A DNA stretch of 63,822 nt, the filler included, from Saprolegnia diclina VS20 (taxonomy: Eukaryota): assembly GCF_000281045.1 (NCBI RefSeq). It is 4 parts of 2 records of this genome, joined end to end, with 100 filler letters (N's around TTAATTAATTAA, not from the genome) between each part and the next. Parts side by side here need not be neighbours in the genome. Positions count along the whole stretch, not along the records: positions 18,410 to 38,219 come from NW_008246122.1; positions 38,320 to 54,282 come from NW_008246122.1; 2 more parts are not named here. One strand, written 5' to 3'. Position 1 is the stretch's first letter. Each line of letters starts with the position of its first letter. The notes beneath the pieces were generated by a model. That model did no database searches, was not told where the DNA came from, and worked only from the letters and a program-made list of their open reading frames with translations. Shown one piece after another: positions 34,957-46,300 of this stretch. A program made the position numbers and the translations under genes.

Positions 34957-37900
34957 CCGTCGGCCAAGCTTGCCGTCCTTGTACTGCTTCAAGAAGGTAG
35001 TAACGAGAGTGGTTGTCACAGTGCGCTCGAGGTCTTCACGGAGCGCATCGCGCACACCGTGACCGGCCCGGCGGCCGAGCTCTTGGCAAAGGGCATCGCG
35101 CTGCGCGATGCCTGGCGTTAATGGAGCGAGCGTATCACACACTCCATTGACGTCGAGGTTGGAGCTGGGCTCAAAAAGACGACTCCACGCTGCATTGAAC
35201 TTGCTGCGCAGGTCCTCGCTGCCTCGCACATGCTCTTTCGCGAGACGTAGAGTGTCGTTTCCGTCTGCGACGGTCAACCTCTCTCTCGCGAGCTGGATCA
35301 AAGCTGTGGCCCAGTCAATGAGCTCGGGGTTGAGGAATGCTAAGCCGCCTTCGTTGAGAGTGCCGATGTAGCTCGACATATACGTCTTGTCCTTGATGTC
35401 GTGCGCGAGCACGCGCATTTCGAGCAAGCAGCGGTGTTGGAGTGACCCCACCTCTTCTGATCGTCGGTTGAGAGCACTTCTGAGCGCGAAGCCGACAAAT
35501 CCGTGAACGAGCCGCAAATTCTCGTCGATATTGGGTCCGGCTCGCTCGGCACTGAGGACCAAGGAATGCGTGCGCTCACCCATTCGCGCATGCGCCGAAC
35601 GACGCAGTCGAGAACAATCGTTTGGACCACGGGAGTGCCCCAAACCTTTTCAGGGGCGAGAGCAAAGGCGGCTCCGAGTTTGGTCGAGTAGCCGGGGTAG
35701 AGCTCGAGCACATATGCATCCAGTGATAGCAGTGTACGCGACGGAGCGGTCTTGAGGGCAGCATCGACGTACGAAGCAAGGGCACCGAATGCCATTTGAA
35801 CCACGGCGAGCAGCGTCTTGTCCCACGCTTCGAGCTCCTCGGTTGTCAAGCTCATCACGTCCTCGAACCACGCAGCGCTGGGCATCTGGCGCGAGGAAAG
35901 TAGGTACTCTCGCCACTTCGACTGCGTGCGCTGCGAGCTCATGAGGGACGGGCGGGCTTCGCGCACAATGAATTGCCGCGCCATGTCTGCAAAGTGGCGT
36001 TCGCCGACGTTGGCGAGGACGACTTCGAAGGATGGGCACTCCAGCACGGGTTGACGCGGGGCCTTACTGGCTTTGAGCATCTTCTGGACAAACTCGTCGT
36101 CTTCCTTCTTTTGAACTTCATACGGCTTGTACACGAAATCGCCAGTTGTCTCCTCGGCCATGTCCGACGCAGAGTACATCTTGTTGCCGTACAAGCTGTC
36201 GATCTTGGCGAGACTGGATGCAGCGACGCCCCGAGAGTAGTTTGCTATCGTGAGGTCGCTCGGGTACAGACGCCGCAGACCCGAAAATGAAGCCTCGATG
36301 GAGCTCTGGTTGAAGTCTGTCACGGGTGAGTAGCCGTGAGGGCCACCGCGCGCAACGAGGTACTCGACAATGGCCACCGGTGCTCGACATGCCAGGCGCA
36401 AGTTCAAGTACGTGATCTTCGACATGAATTGCTTGTCCCACGTTGGATCGCCCGCCAGATTGCGCTCGTCGACAAGTTTCTTCCACTCGTGGAAGTATGC
36501 AAGGCGATGCTGGAAGAACTGCGACACTGCTTCGACGTTCTCGGCATGGATGCGTTGGGTCGTGTCGAGCATAAAAGCAGATGTGAGCTCGTGTATGACG
36601 GCCATGAGCTCCAAGGTTGGGCGAGGGTCGCGAGCGTCCGATGGCCAGTCGTACTGAAGCAGGATGCGCACATTACGCAAGACCCGACCGATCGTAGTGT
36701 CCCACGGTTTTGGGCCGCAGTTGGTCGACGCAAGGCGGCTTCCGGGGCTCGCCAAAGAGGCTTCGTCGCAAAAAACGATCTTGGGGGACGAGGGACCACT
36801 CTCGATGACACCCTTGGCGTAGCATATGATCTCCGTGATGGTCTTGATGTCGAACACCCGCTTTGCCAACGACACGTCCATCTTGCTCCATCCGTCAGGT
36901 TGCACCGCATCCTTGATGAGTCTTGTGTCACCGACAAGACCCTTGGCCCGGCGGTCATCGTCTCGCGCCAGCGCATCCACGAGTACGCCCCAAGTGATCT
37001 CGGACGTGTTGACAAGGTGTCTCTTCTTGTTCTCCAAGAGGTTGCGCAAGCTCTTGAACAAGTGCGTCCAGCACGGGCAAAGAAAGATCTTGCGGTCGGG
37101 ATCGAGCGGATGGCCGAATGAGACGAATTGCTCGTCCAGCCACGACTCGTCGTTTGGTTCTGCGGGTTTGGGCTTTCGAGCACGCAATGCAGCAGCTTGG
37201 GGTGCGGCTTTGTGGCCGAGCGAGCTCAAGTGTTTGAAAAGCGCCATGTTGGCGGATCCCGAGTCCGAGACAATCCAGATGATCTCAAAACGAGCCTGCT
37301 CGGCACCGAGGAGGACGTGCATGAACTGCGCGAGAAACTCTTGCGCGTTGAACTCCTTGGAGCTGACAAAGAACTCCACAAGGTACGTGAAGTTGGAGTA
37401 AACGCTGCGCATCTTCCACTGGTTGACCACTTGGGCGACCTCGGGGTCCTTCTTGACCGGCGTCTCCTCGAAAAAAATATCGGCCAGCGACTCGAGGTCG
37501 CCGACCTCATCGTCAACAAAGCCCACAATCGAGTTGTCCTTCGTGTTGATGTAAATGTTGGACGCTGTCAGCTTGCACTCGTCGTGCATGAGCGAGACGG
37601 CCACGGGCTTGCTGCGGTCGAAATTTGGGTCTCGCTTTTCCTGGTACGCGGCGTACGCTTCGTTGGCGCGCGTGTACATCACACGACAACTGCCAGACTT
37701 GACACTGTGCGCCTTGCGGTAACGAGCCAATGTCGCGTTGGAGGGAATTTGAATGAGACCGCTGGCTCTGAGATCCGACCGCGCTTTTGGGGTGAGCGAC
37801 AGTGCAAGGCGCAGCACGTCCCGGCTGTAGCGTACTTGCTTGGCGTCGCCTTTGAATACGAGCGCTTGCTGCTTGACCTGCTCGACGACGTGCTTTGTGA

Positions 37901-38219
37901 ACGTCGCCGACGTTGCCTTGTACTCTTCTCGGGCTGCCTTCTCGACCTCGGGCTTCATCGTCTTCTTCTTGATGTACAGGTCGAAGATCGAGTCCATGAG
38001 CTCGCCGGCCTTCTCTTCAAGCTGCCCAGCGGCAAAGAGATCGTCAACGCCGGAGTAGATGGTATTGGCCACGGGATCGTCCGCGCAGATGTCTTCTGTG
38101 GGCTTGAGGTACTCGAGCAGTCGAGCCTCCGCTCGGTTGAGTTTTTTCTGCAGGCTCACCTTGGCTTGCGCTAGGTTGGCCATGCGCGCGCGGGTCGTCT
38201 CCGGCGAGAGGAGGCAAAA
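34957..38219 (-). mobile_element. P-element/THAP9-like transposase (both ends truncated; one frameshift near 35530)
   Basis: IPSNATL, SLMHDECKL (D1), IVGFVD, IVSDSGSAN (D2), THLFKSLRN, KMDVSLAKRVF, FNQSSIEASFSGLR (E). The C-terminal GFVGFAL...NEGGLAF part lies in another frame. Confidence 0.75.
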
Positions 38220-38319
38220 NNNNNNNNNNNNNNNNNNNNNNNNNNNNNNNNNNNNNNNNNNNNTTAATTAATTAANNNNNNNNNNNNNNNNNNNNNNNNN
38301 NNNNNNNNNNNNNNNNNNN
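38220..38319. other. Artificial scaffold linker
   Basis: TTAATTAATTAA at 38264-38275 inside 100 Ns. Confidence 0.95.
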
Positions 38320-38395
38320 AAATGCTCAACGGACGCATGGTAAAGGAAATGTAGTTACGAGGTCGACGGATTAAATAGAGGCGCGCGTCGTCGAC

Positions 38396-39307
38396 TTAGT
38401 CGCTGATCAAATGGAGCAAGCACTTTGCCAAGTTCGCAGTCGAGTTGTGTGTCGCACAGAGGTTGCCGCCGCGCAGGCGCTTCTCGGCGCAGCCCGCGAC
38501 TTGGCAGCAAAACTGCGACGAGTGGAACGTGCAGAACCCGAGGCGCTCGGACGCGTGCTTGCACGTGGGGTAGATGCACGACGCATTGTTGTTCGGTGAC
38601 GGTGCATACCCTTCTTGCTTGAGCGCAACCGAGAGTGGCGGGAGCGACCACGGCATCATCTCCATCGGCGACTTGAGTTCCGGCACGCCGTTGCCGCCAT
38701 GACTGTTAATGTTGTTGGACAAGGTGTCCTTGCGCAGCGGCGACATGTTGTGGATCGTCTTGAGGTTCTTGGATTTGATCTTGTCGATCACAGACAGCGA
38801 CAGGCGCGAGTTCATGGACGGCTGGCGCGGCGGCGTCTCCGTGCCGGTCGTCGTGCACGTGCTCGACGTCTCGCTCGCCGACATGGAGCGCATCCAGCGC
38901 GGGCCCCCGCCGTGCGCGCGGCACTTGCCACCGCCCTGGCTCGACTTCATACAATCTTTAACGTCGCAGCGCACGCCGCCACCATGCGCCTTGCAAAAGC
39001 GCTTGGACTGCGCGCTCTTGTCGCAGCCCTCTTGCTCACAGCGCTTGCCGCCACCGTGGCGGATGCAGTAGCCGCCGCCTTGGTCGCTGAGGTTGCAGCC
39101 ATCGCGGCCGCAGCGCTTGCCACCACCATGCGCCTTGCAGAGGCCTTTCGAGCGGGCGCCGCTCGCGCAGCCATGCACGATGCACTTTTTGAGCTTGCGC
39201 TTCTTCTTGGCGCCGTCGACGTAGACGCTGGCCGACTCCATGCTCATGACGAGGTCGTGGAGGCCTGCGACGGCGGACGCGAGATCCGGCTTCAGGGCGG
39301 ACGACAT
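38396..39307 (-). CDS. Cys/His zinc-finger repeat protein (C-x4-C-x9/10-C-x2-HGGG, 'WRKY19-like' repeats)
   Basis: Four tandem C....GC...A...G.C.AHGGG repeats plus two degenerate C-terminal copies; intronless; no WRKY heptapeptide. Confidence 0.85.
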   Translation of the reverse strand: MSSALKPDLASAVAGLHDLVMSMESASVYVDGAKKKRKLKKCIVHGCASGARSKGLCKAHGGGKRCGRDGCNLSDQGGGYCIRHGGGKRCEQEGCDKSAQSKRFCKAHGGGVRCDVKDCMKSSQGGGKCRAHGGGPRWMRSMSASETSSTCTTTGTETPPRQPSMNSRLSLSVIDKIKSKNLKTIHNMSPLRKDTLSNNINSHGGNGVPELKSPMEMMPWSLPPLSVALKQEGYAPSPNNNASCIYPTCKHASERLGFCTFHSSQFCCQVAGCAEKRLRGGNLCATHNSTANLAKCLLHLISD

Positions 39308-39426
39308 GGCTCTCGAAAGGTCGGTTGGGAAATGATGGCCATGGCGTCCGTCTTGCATTTTCTACACCGTCGTAAAAGGACCCGTTTCAGCACCCCGTTT
39401 ATCTCGTGTTCTAAAAAGGCCAACGC

Positions 39427-39495
39427 GCTGATTGGACCGTATTTTCTACGCGCCGCGTTGATTGGCTGCCGCTTTGGACAGCGCATGCTGATTGG
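39427..39495 (-). promoter_or_regulatory. Three CCAAT boxes at exact 30-bp spacing
   Basis: GCTGATTGG, GTTGATTGG and GCTGATTGG with ATTGG at 39431, 39461 and 39491, 120-190 nt upstream of the zinc-finger gene. Confidence 0.7.
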
Positions 39496-40086
39496 AGAAC
39501 TGCACTGCGGATCTTGGCCGGCCGTTTGGGCATGAAACTCCTTGTCTGCTAGGAATATGCGAGAGCGGTTTTTCTGTCGCCCACGATTACTATATAACGG
39601 TATGTGTGTCGCGTACGAAAACCGACAAGCGGAAGCACTGGGATGCCCGACAACTCCAAGCCGGCGGCCGGTGTAACCCCTCGGTCTATTTTGGCCGCTT
39701 TTTTATTTATAGAAAGCCCGTGGATCTTTTGTTGTAACGGACAGTGAACCCTCGCGAGCAGGGAAAGGCCACCTGTGCCAAGCGGCCGACCGAGCCACCA
39801 CACCGCGGGCGACGGCCCACGCCGTGGCCTGCGTAGGACGATGGCTGCGGACGACGAGTGAAGCAGGTGGCGGCGGGGTCAAGCAGGCGAGCCGATCTCA
39901 TTCTACAGGACTGTGCTGCATTGCAGGAGCGGCAGGTGGCAAGGACCACGGAGCTGCAACGAACCTCCTTGCATTGGCCTTGCACAGCTGTGCTTAGGAA
40001 CAGGTAGCATGTTTGCAAGGGCGATCGCGCTGCTTTAGCCCATCCCGCCGGTCAACACCACAGCGTCGTAGTCACACGAGTTCGAA

Positions 40087-42268
40087 TTAAAGAGGCTGGT
40101 CGAGGCGCCACTCGACACGCTCGACCGCCTCCGTGAGCTGGTGAAGACGACTTCCGTTGGTTTCCATCGTGTACATGAGGTCCGATTGGCGCTCAGAGAG
40201 CAATCGCTGGGTCGAAATGGTCTGCTCGAGGAGGGTCCAGAAGAAGGCTTCGGTCGCGGGCCGGCCGTCGGTCGTGTTGGCACGGGCCGCGCGGGGTGCC
40301 ACGACGTCGTGCGACGGCCCGTCGACGGACCTTGCTCGCTGCTCGCGCGGCGCGTGCGCCAGCTACACATGCCGTTATCCCGACTGCTCCTTCTTTGTGC
40401 TCTACCTCTTGGAGCTTGTCGAGCCAATTCGCAATCATATTGGCTTCGTGGATCTCACGGTGCTGGGGCACAATGACCGAGATCTTGGCGCGGCCTTCGT
40501 CATCGCTCGGGCTTAGCATCCATCCAAAGCAAAACTCGGGCACGAGGTCGTCCCGAAGCTGCATGCCGAGGTAGACGGCCGCGCCGTTTGGGTAGTCGCG
40601 CGCATGCGTGAGCAGTGGGTACTGCTTGGCGCGGGTCCATGAGCTCCCTACAGTCCATCGATCACACCACTGGACACAGGCAGCGAGGATGGCTACCTGG
40701 CTGGAACACAACGTTGTGCATGGTCGTGCGGCCATCGATGGGCTGGTGGCTCACATACTGCGCGAGGCAGTTGCTGTAGATTTGCATTTGCGGCAGCTGC
40801 ACGAGCGTCGCCCACGACGGGCTGCCCGGCATCGCCGTGAGCTCGCGTGTCGCCTTGATATACCCGTGCTGGTAGCGTTCGTGAAACGTATGGAACTGGA
40901 CCCGCCGATCGGCAACGACGACGCTCGTCGGTTCCCACGAGCACCCGTGCAAGATACGGTACAGCTGCAGCATCGACTCGACCGCATCGTCGTATGCTGG
41001 CAAGTGCTGCGCCGACGACGGCAACTCGATCGTTTGGTTCGAGTCGCTGCAGAGCGTATCGCGCGGCGAGACGTACAGGGCCTTCTGAAACTCATTCTAC
41101 GCATATGTGGTGTCGATGCGCAGTACAGGGAGGCCACATACCATGGGCGTGCAGGGCGCCGTGCCATCGCCATCACCATCGGATTCGTCGACGTCGCTCT
41201 TCTCGGGCACGTCGAGCGAGAGGTCTGTTTCTGCCGGGCCTGGCGTTTGGTTGGCTTCCTAGAGGTTGTTCTGGCGTCAGAAAAGAGCAAGAGAGTGGGA
41301 GCATACCTTGGCGCGCTGCTCGAGAACTTCGGCAGCGATCCGCGCGACCGACTCGAGCGTATTGCGCTGGCTCAGGTTGGTGCTGCCGTGGGGCTCCATG
41401 TCCATGGCCACGAGTGCGCCGAGCACGACGCCCTCGACGACGATCGGCGTGCCTGCAAAGTACCGCAGGCCTTGGTCGCGCAACATTGCATCGTTTGCCT
41501 CCGAGAGCACAAGCGTCGCATTGTGGCGCCAGACAGGCGCGCAGAACTGGATGAGGTTGTCGCTGGACGGATCGAGGCCGCGGCTGGCTTGGACATGCAA
41601 GCCCTCCGGGTCCAGAAGGCCCAAGAACACGATCGGGCACCGCAATGACGTGGCCACGAGGTGCACGAGCAGCTTGAGCGTGTCGTCTTGCTCTGGTTGG
41701 ATCGTATCGGCTTGGCGGGCGACCTCGAGGCGCCACGTGGCCAAATTGGCGTCGTCCCACGGCAGCACGGGCACGGCAAACACGGGCGACGACCTGCAGA
41801 GACAAGGTTGGCCAAAGTGCAAAGTGGGAAAGGACGCTACGGTGTCTCGAGGAGCGTTGGACGCAGTGGCGCGGCCGACACGTCGCGTGCGGCGAGCGTC
41901 GCGGCGGTGACGCAGATGGTGCAGATACGCGCCGTGAGGTCGACATTGAGTTCGACAAGGCGCAACTTGCGGTGCTTGGAACAACGGCTGCAAATGACCT
42001 GTCACCACATTTGCATATCAAGGGAAAGCTCGGCGGGATCGAATCTACCTCGCCGCACTAGACAGCGAGGGCATGAGCGATGGTAGTGGTCATGGCCTTT
42101 TCGTACCGTCCGGCAGTGGTGGCGCCGCTTGAACGCGTAAAACTGCTGGACGCATACGCTGCAGTGGCTGCGGTCGCGGTCGAGGATCCAGTCGTCGATC
42201 GTGATGAGGTTGCCGACGGCGAGGAGGCCCGCGTCCGCATAGTACATGCACGATCCGCGGCGACGCAT
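40087..42268 (-). CDS. FYVE + GAF + START/SRPBCC-like protein with C-terminal coiled coil, multi-exon
   Basis: WILDRDRSHCSVC..QF..FKRRHHCRTCGEVICSRCS...RICTIC (FYVE); LVATSLRCPIVFLG...FC...LRYFAGTPIVVEG.VLGAL..MD..P (GAF); terminal LLEQTISTQRLL coiled coil. START-like call is tentative. Confidence 0.8.
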
Positions 42269-42557
42269 CTTGGGAAATGACCGAAGCGAAACTGGTCGTG
42301 GAAGAAATGATAGGCAGTTCGATAATCCTGAATTATCGAAGGCGAGGCTGAGTACACCATCTGGGCATGCCTGCAAGAGCTCCCTTCAAGTCCACCCGCC
42401 GAACGCTCGCAGACTCGTCCTTCTACGCTGGCACGAAATCTAGTTCACGTTTTTTGGCGCCAAGGGAAGAATAATCCCTAATTTGGCGCCTACGAAAAGG
42501 GTTGCGCGTGCATTTCAGAGCCAGAGGTGGCAATGCACGATAGCAAGCCACTTCCTT

Positions 42558-42950
42558 CTAGCCTGCAAGGTGCAAGTAGGTAAGGACGGTCGAGTGCGCT
42601 GGCCATCGTTGCCATTCGGCTGGAGCACCGAGCGCTTTGCCGACCTTCAAGCCTACGGTGTCGACGAAGCGAGAGGCAAAGGTAGTGCAACGATGCTCAT
42701 CGTGCGCTTGTGACTGATCGACCTTGGCGTCGTCCATGTCACATCTCGGATCGTCAAACGTCAGAAAACATGGTCGGACCATCCTTGCCCGTCGTTGTAC
42801 GCGGATGTGCTGCTTCTTGTGGGGATCGAGAACGGGCGGAGGCTTCTTCGGCGATGCTTCCATATCCAATTTTACTACATTTGCTAGTCCACTGCGTGCT
42901 ACTGGTGCCGGAGGAGCCGACTGACGCACGTCAAGCCACTCGAAGTCCAT
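42558..42950 (-). CDS. Possible small hypothetical protein
   Basis: ORF MDFEWLDVRQ...KKQHIRVQRRARM with candidate GT/AG sites; no family recognised. Confidence 0.3.
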   Translation of the reverse strand: MDFEWLDVRQSAPPAPVARSGLANVVKLDMEASPKKPPPVLDPHKKQHIRVQRRARMVRPCFLTFDDPRCDMDDAKVDQSQAHDEHRCTTFASRFVDTVGLKVGKALGAPAEWQRWPAHSTVLTYLHLAG

Positions 42951-43307
42951 CTGCTTCTCGAATCCTGCCAGGAGAAAGACACGCGAGCCGGCTTTCCCAG
43001 CTGACTAAAAACACCAAACCCAAGTGGATTTCGCCGGCGCTCGTACCTTGTACAATGCACAAAGCCTAGGATGTACATGTGCATTGCATGCGACATCGTC
43101 GTGTCTAGCACCATGCAAGGCCATAGCCAGCATGTCCTCGGCGATCCTTGGTCGGTGGCGCTGTCTCGCACGCGGCGAAGCCAAACGATTTGGCCGTAAA
43201 GGGGCGTGTTTCTATCCAATTGCCCGGCACCCCAAATGCTATGGTATCCGGTCGCGCTATCCGGCGCCTCCTCAGTAGATCTTTTGACCGAGGAGCGAAG
43301 GAGTCGG

Positions 43308-46300
43308 ATGAAGGACGAGCCGCAGTCCAAGCCCCGGTCCACCAAGAAGACCCGAGAAGCCTCCAAGACGAGGGAAGCAGCCGACGACCGGCCCATGGAC
43401 ATCAGCCGCGTCTGCCGCGTGGCCGTGAGCCGCCGGGGCGTCGTGCGGGACATGCTCTTGCACCCCGACATGCCCGTTGAGGACCTCCATGCCTGCCTCC
43501 GGGCGATCTTCCCGGACGTCGGGACGCCGATCGCGCTCAAGAACGAAACCGACACGCTCTTCCCGCTCTCGCTACTCGCGCACCACCCGGGCGCGTTCAG
43601 CGCGGCCCGCAAGGTGCATGCGCACGCCCACGTCCACGCGAGCTCGCTCGAGCTCATCTGTCTTGGCGACCCGGACGTCAGCTACGCAGAGATCACGCGC
43701 TCGCAGCGCGTCGGATGGCACGACGAAGCACCGGCTCTGGACCTTTCGGAATACACGCTGTCGCAGCTCATTGACACGTTTCGGGCGGCGGCGCCCACCG
43801 GCGGTCTCGACCGTAGCTCGTTCATCAAGTGCTTGGCGCAGCTCTGCCACCGCAGCGACCACGATGTCTTTTCGCGCTTCTTTGACCTCTTTGATAAGGA
43901 CCGCAACGGCGTCGTCGACGTCGTCGAGTTTGTGAGCGGCCTCTCGGTGCTCGTGCACGGCGACCGCGACGAGAAGATCCAAGCTACGTTTGCGCTCTAC
44001 GACACGAACGGGGACGGCTACATCTCGCTCGAAGAGATGACCACGTACCTCACGTCCGTCTACCTTGTCGTTGCCGAGCTCAACCCGGCCGTCTTCCTCT
44101 CCAACCGGTACATGCATGTTCTCTGTGGTTGTCGTATTCATGTATTGGGTAGTGTGGATCCAATCCAGCTGGGCCAGGTCACAGCGCAGCAGTGCTTTGA
44201 CGAAGCCGACTTGAACCACGACGGACGTCTCTCCTTCCACGAGTTTCAGCAGGTACACTCCATCCATGCAAGCACCGTTCCAACGCGTCCTCTTCTCTTG
44301 GTAGTGGTATGCGCGTACCAACCAACAGGCGCCGCAACACGCCCGAGCGCTCAAAATGCTCAACCAAAAGCAGACGCACGAGCATGCGTCGCAGCCCATC
44401 CAGGTTCATGACGATGCCATTGCTAGTCTCATCCCCGACGTAGGTCAAGTGGACGCTGGAGGCGGTCCGGGACATGACGGGGCTCGGCGACTACACTGTC
44501 GAAGAAATGCTCGCACAGTTTCCACACTCGCGGTCGCTCTCGGAGAGCGACTTTGTTGCAATGATGACGCGCATTCTCCAGCGGCAGCGCAAGCCCGTGA
44601 GCGTCGAGATCGCATCGCTCCTCAAGCGCTTGTACAAGCTCTTTTCGGACCCGAACGAGCTGCGCACGGGCTTGAGCATCCTGTGCGCGCCGGACGTGGA
44701 CGCGGTCTTTGGCCTCGTCGACACGAACGGCGACGGGCAAATCTCGATGGACGAGATGACGGCGTACTTTCGAGCCGTCTTTCGTGTCTTGCACGGCGTC
44801 ACCAACGTCCACGTGCCGCTGGCGCCAGACGTGCTTGCGACGTGCACGGCGCAGCAGATGTTTCACGACTTTGACATGAACCGGGACGGTATCTTGAGCC
44901 GCCTTGAGTTCCAAGCCTGGTAGCAAAACCCTTTCTCCATATCGACGCGGTATTGATCGCCATCTCTTAGGTATGCAACCCCGACGGCGGCGTTGCCCAA
45001 GCCTGCGCCGCTCTTTCCCAACCACGCGGCGGTCGGGACGATCCACGTCGCGCCGTCGACGATGACGCTCGAGCGTGTCGGCAAGCTCACGAACCTCTGG
45101 ACGCGCCACCCCGTCGATGTCTTTGAGATCCTCGCGCTGTACGTCAACGGCGACGGTGTCCTCGATCGCACCGCGTTTTACCACGCGTTTGAGCGACTGA
45201 TGCAGGGCGGGTCGGCCGAAGCAGAGACGCCGCAGGTATGTCCATAGGTCTGTCTTGTAACCCTAGCCATGGACGACGTAGGTGATTGCGCGGCTCTTTT
45301 CCGCCTTTGACAGCGACGGCAACGGGGTCGTGGACTTTTGCGAGCTGAGCTCAGGCTTGAGTCTTCTTTGCGCCGGGTCGCAGAGCGAGAAGGTCGAGGC
45401 AGCGTTTGCCTTGTACGACGTCAACAAGGACGGATTCATCTCGTACCCCGAGATGGTAAGCTACCTCACGGCCGTCTTTCGCGTGCTTGCCGCCTTTGCG
45501 TCGACGCCACTGCCCCTGTCGCCCGAGAAACTCGCCGAAGTGACTGCCCAGGACGCGTTCGTGCAGTACGACGCCAACCGGGACGGCCAACTCAGCTACG
45601 ACGAGTTCACGTCGTGGTACTCGACGCCCGTTCCGAGCGCGCCCCCCGCACCGCTCACGCCCGATCTTTCGCTGCTTCGTGACGTGCGCGAGCTCACGTG
45701 CCTCGGGCAGTACGCGGTCGACGACATCTTTGCGTTTTTCCAAGCGTCGGCCAAGGAACATGGTGTCTTGACGAAAGCTCAGTTTTTCCGGTGCTTCAAC
45801 AAGCTCTTGAGCAAGACAACGACGGCACCGAAAGCGTCGGTCAAAGCCACACTCGACCGCCTCTTTGTACTCTTTGACGCCGATGGCAACGGTAGCGTCG
45901 ACACGAAGGAGCTCGCGGCCGGCCTCTCACTGCTCTGCGGCGTGCGTTCTTGATGTTGCTAGCTCCGAGGACGCTTATGGTTGTGGATGTGTAGGGTTCG
46001 GCCAAAGAAAAGGTGACCGCGGCCTTCTCGCTCTTTGACACGAACGGCGACGGCTTTATTTCTCAGTCCGAGATGGAAACGTACCTCACGGCGGCGTTCA
46101 AGATCCTCTTTGAGACCGCGCCACACCTGCCGCAGCAGCTCGGAACTGACTCGCCGATCGCCGTGGCCAAGGCCACAACTGCGCAGTGCTTTGCGTCCTG
46201 CGATACAAACCGCGACGGCAAGCTGAGCTTGGATGAGTTTAGTGTCTGGTACCAAAACCCGGGCGCGGTGCGGACAGCGGGTCCACGCCCAGTTTCGATT

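Noticed and set aside
33496..35643. 715-aa ORF suggesting a transposase-RNase T2 fusion
   Set aside because: The ORF reads through a 590-N gap; the T2-like gene has its own ATG and signal peptide at 34215.
38396..39307. True WRKY transcription factor
   Set aside because: Only CxxHGGG zinc-finger repeats are present; no WRKYGQK domain.
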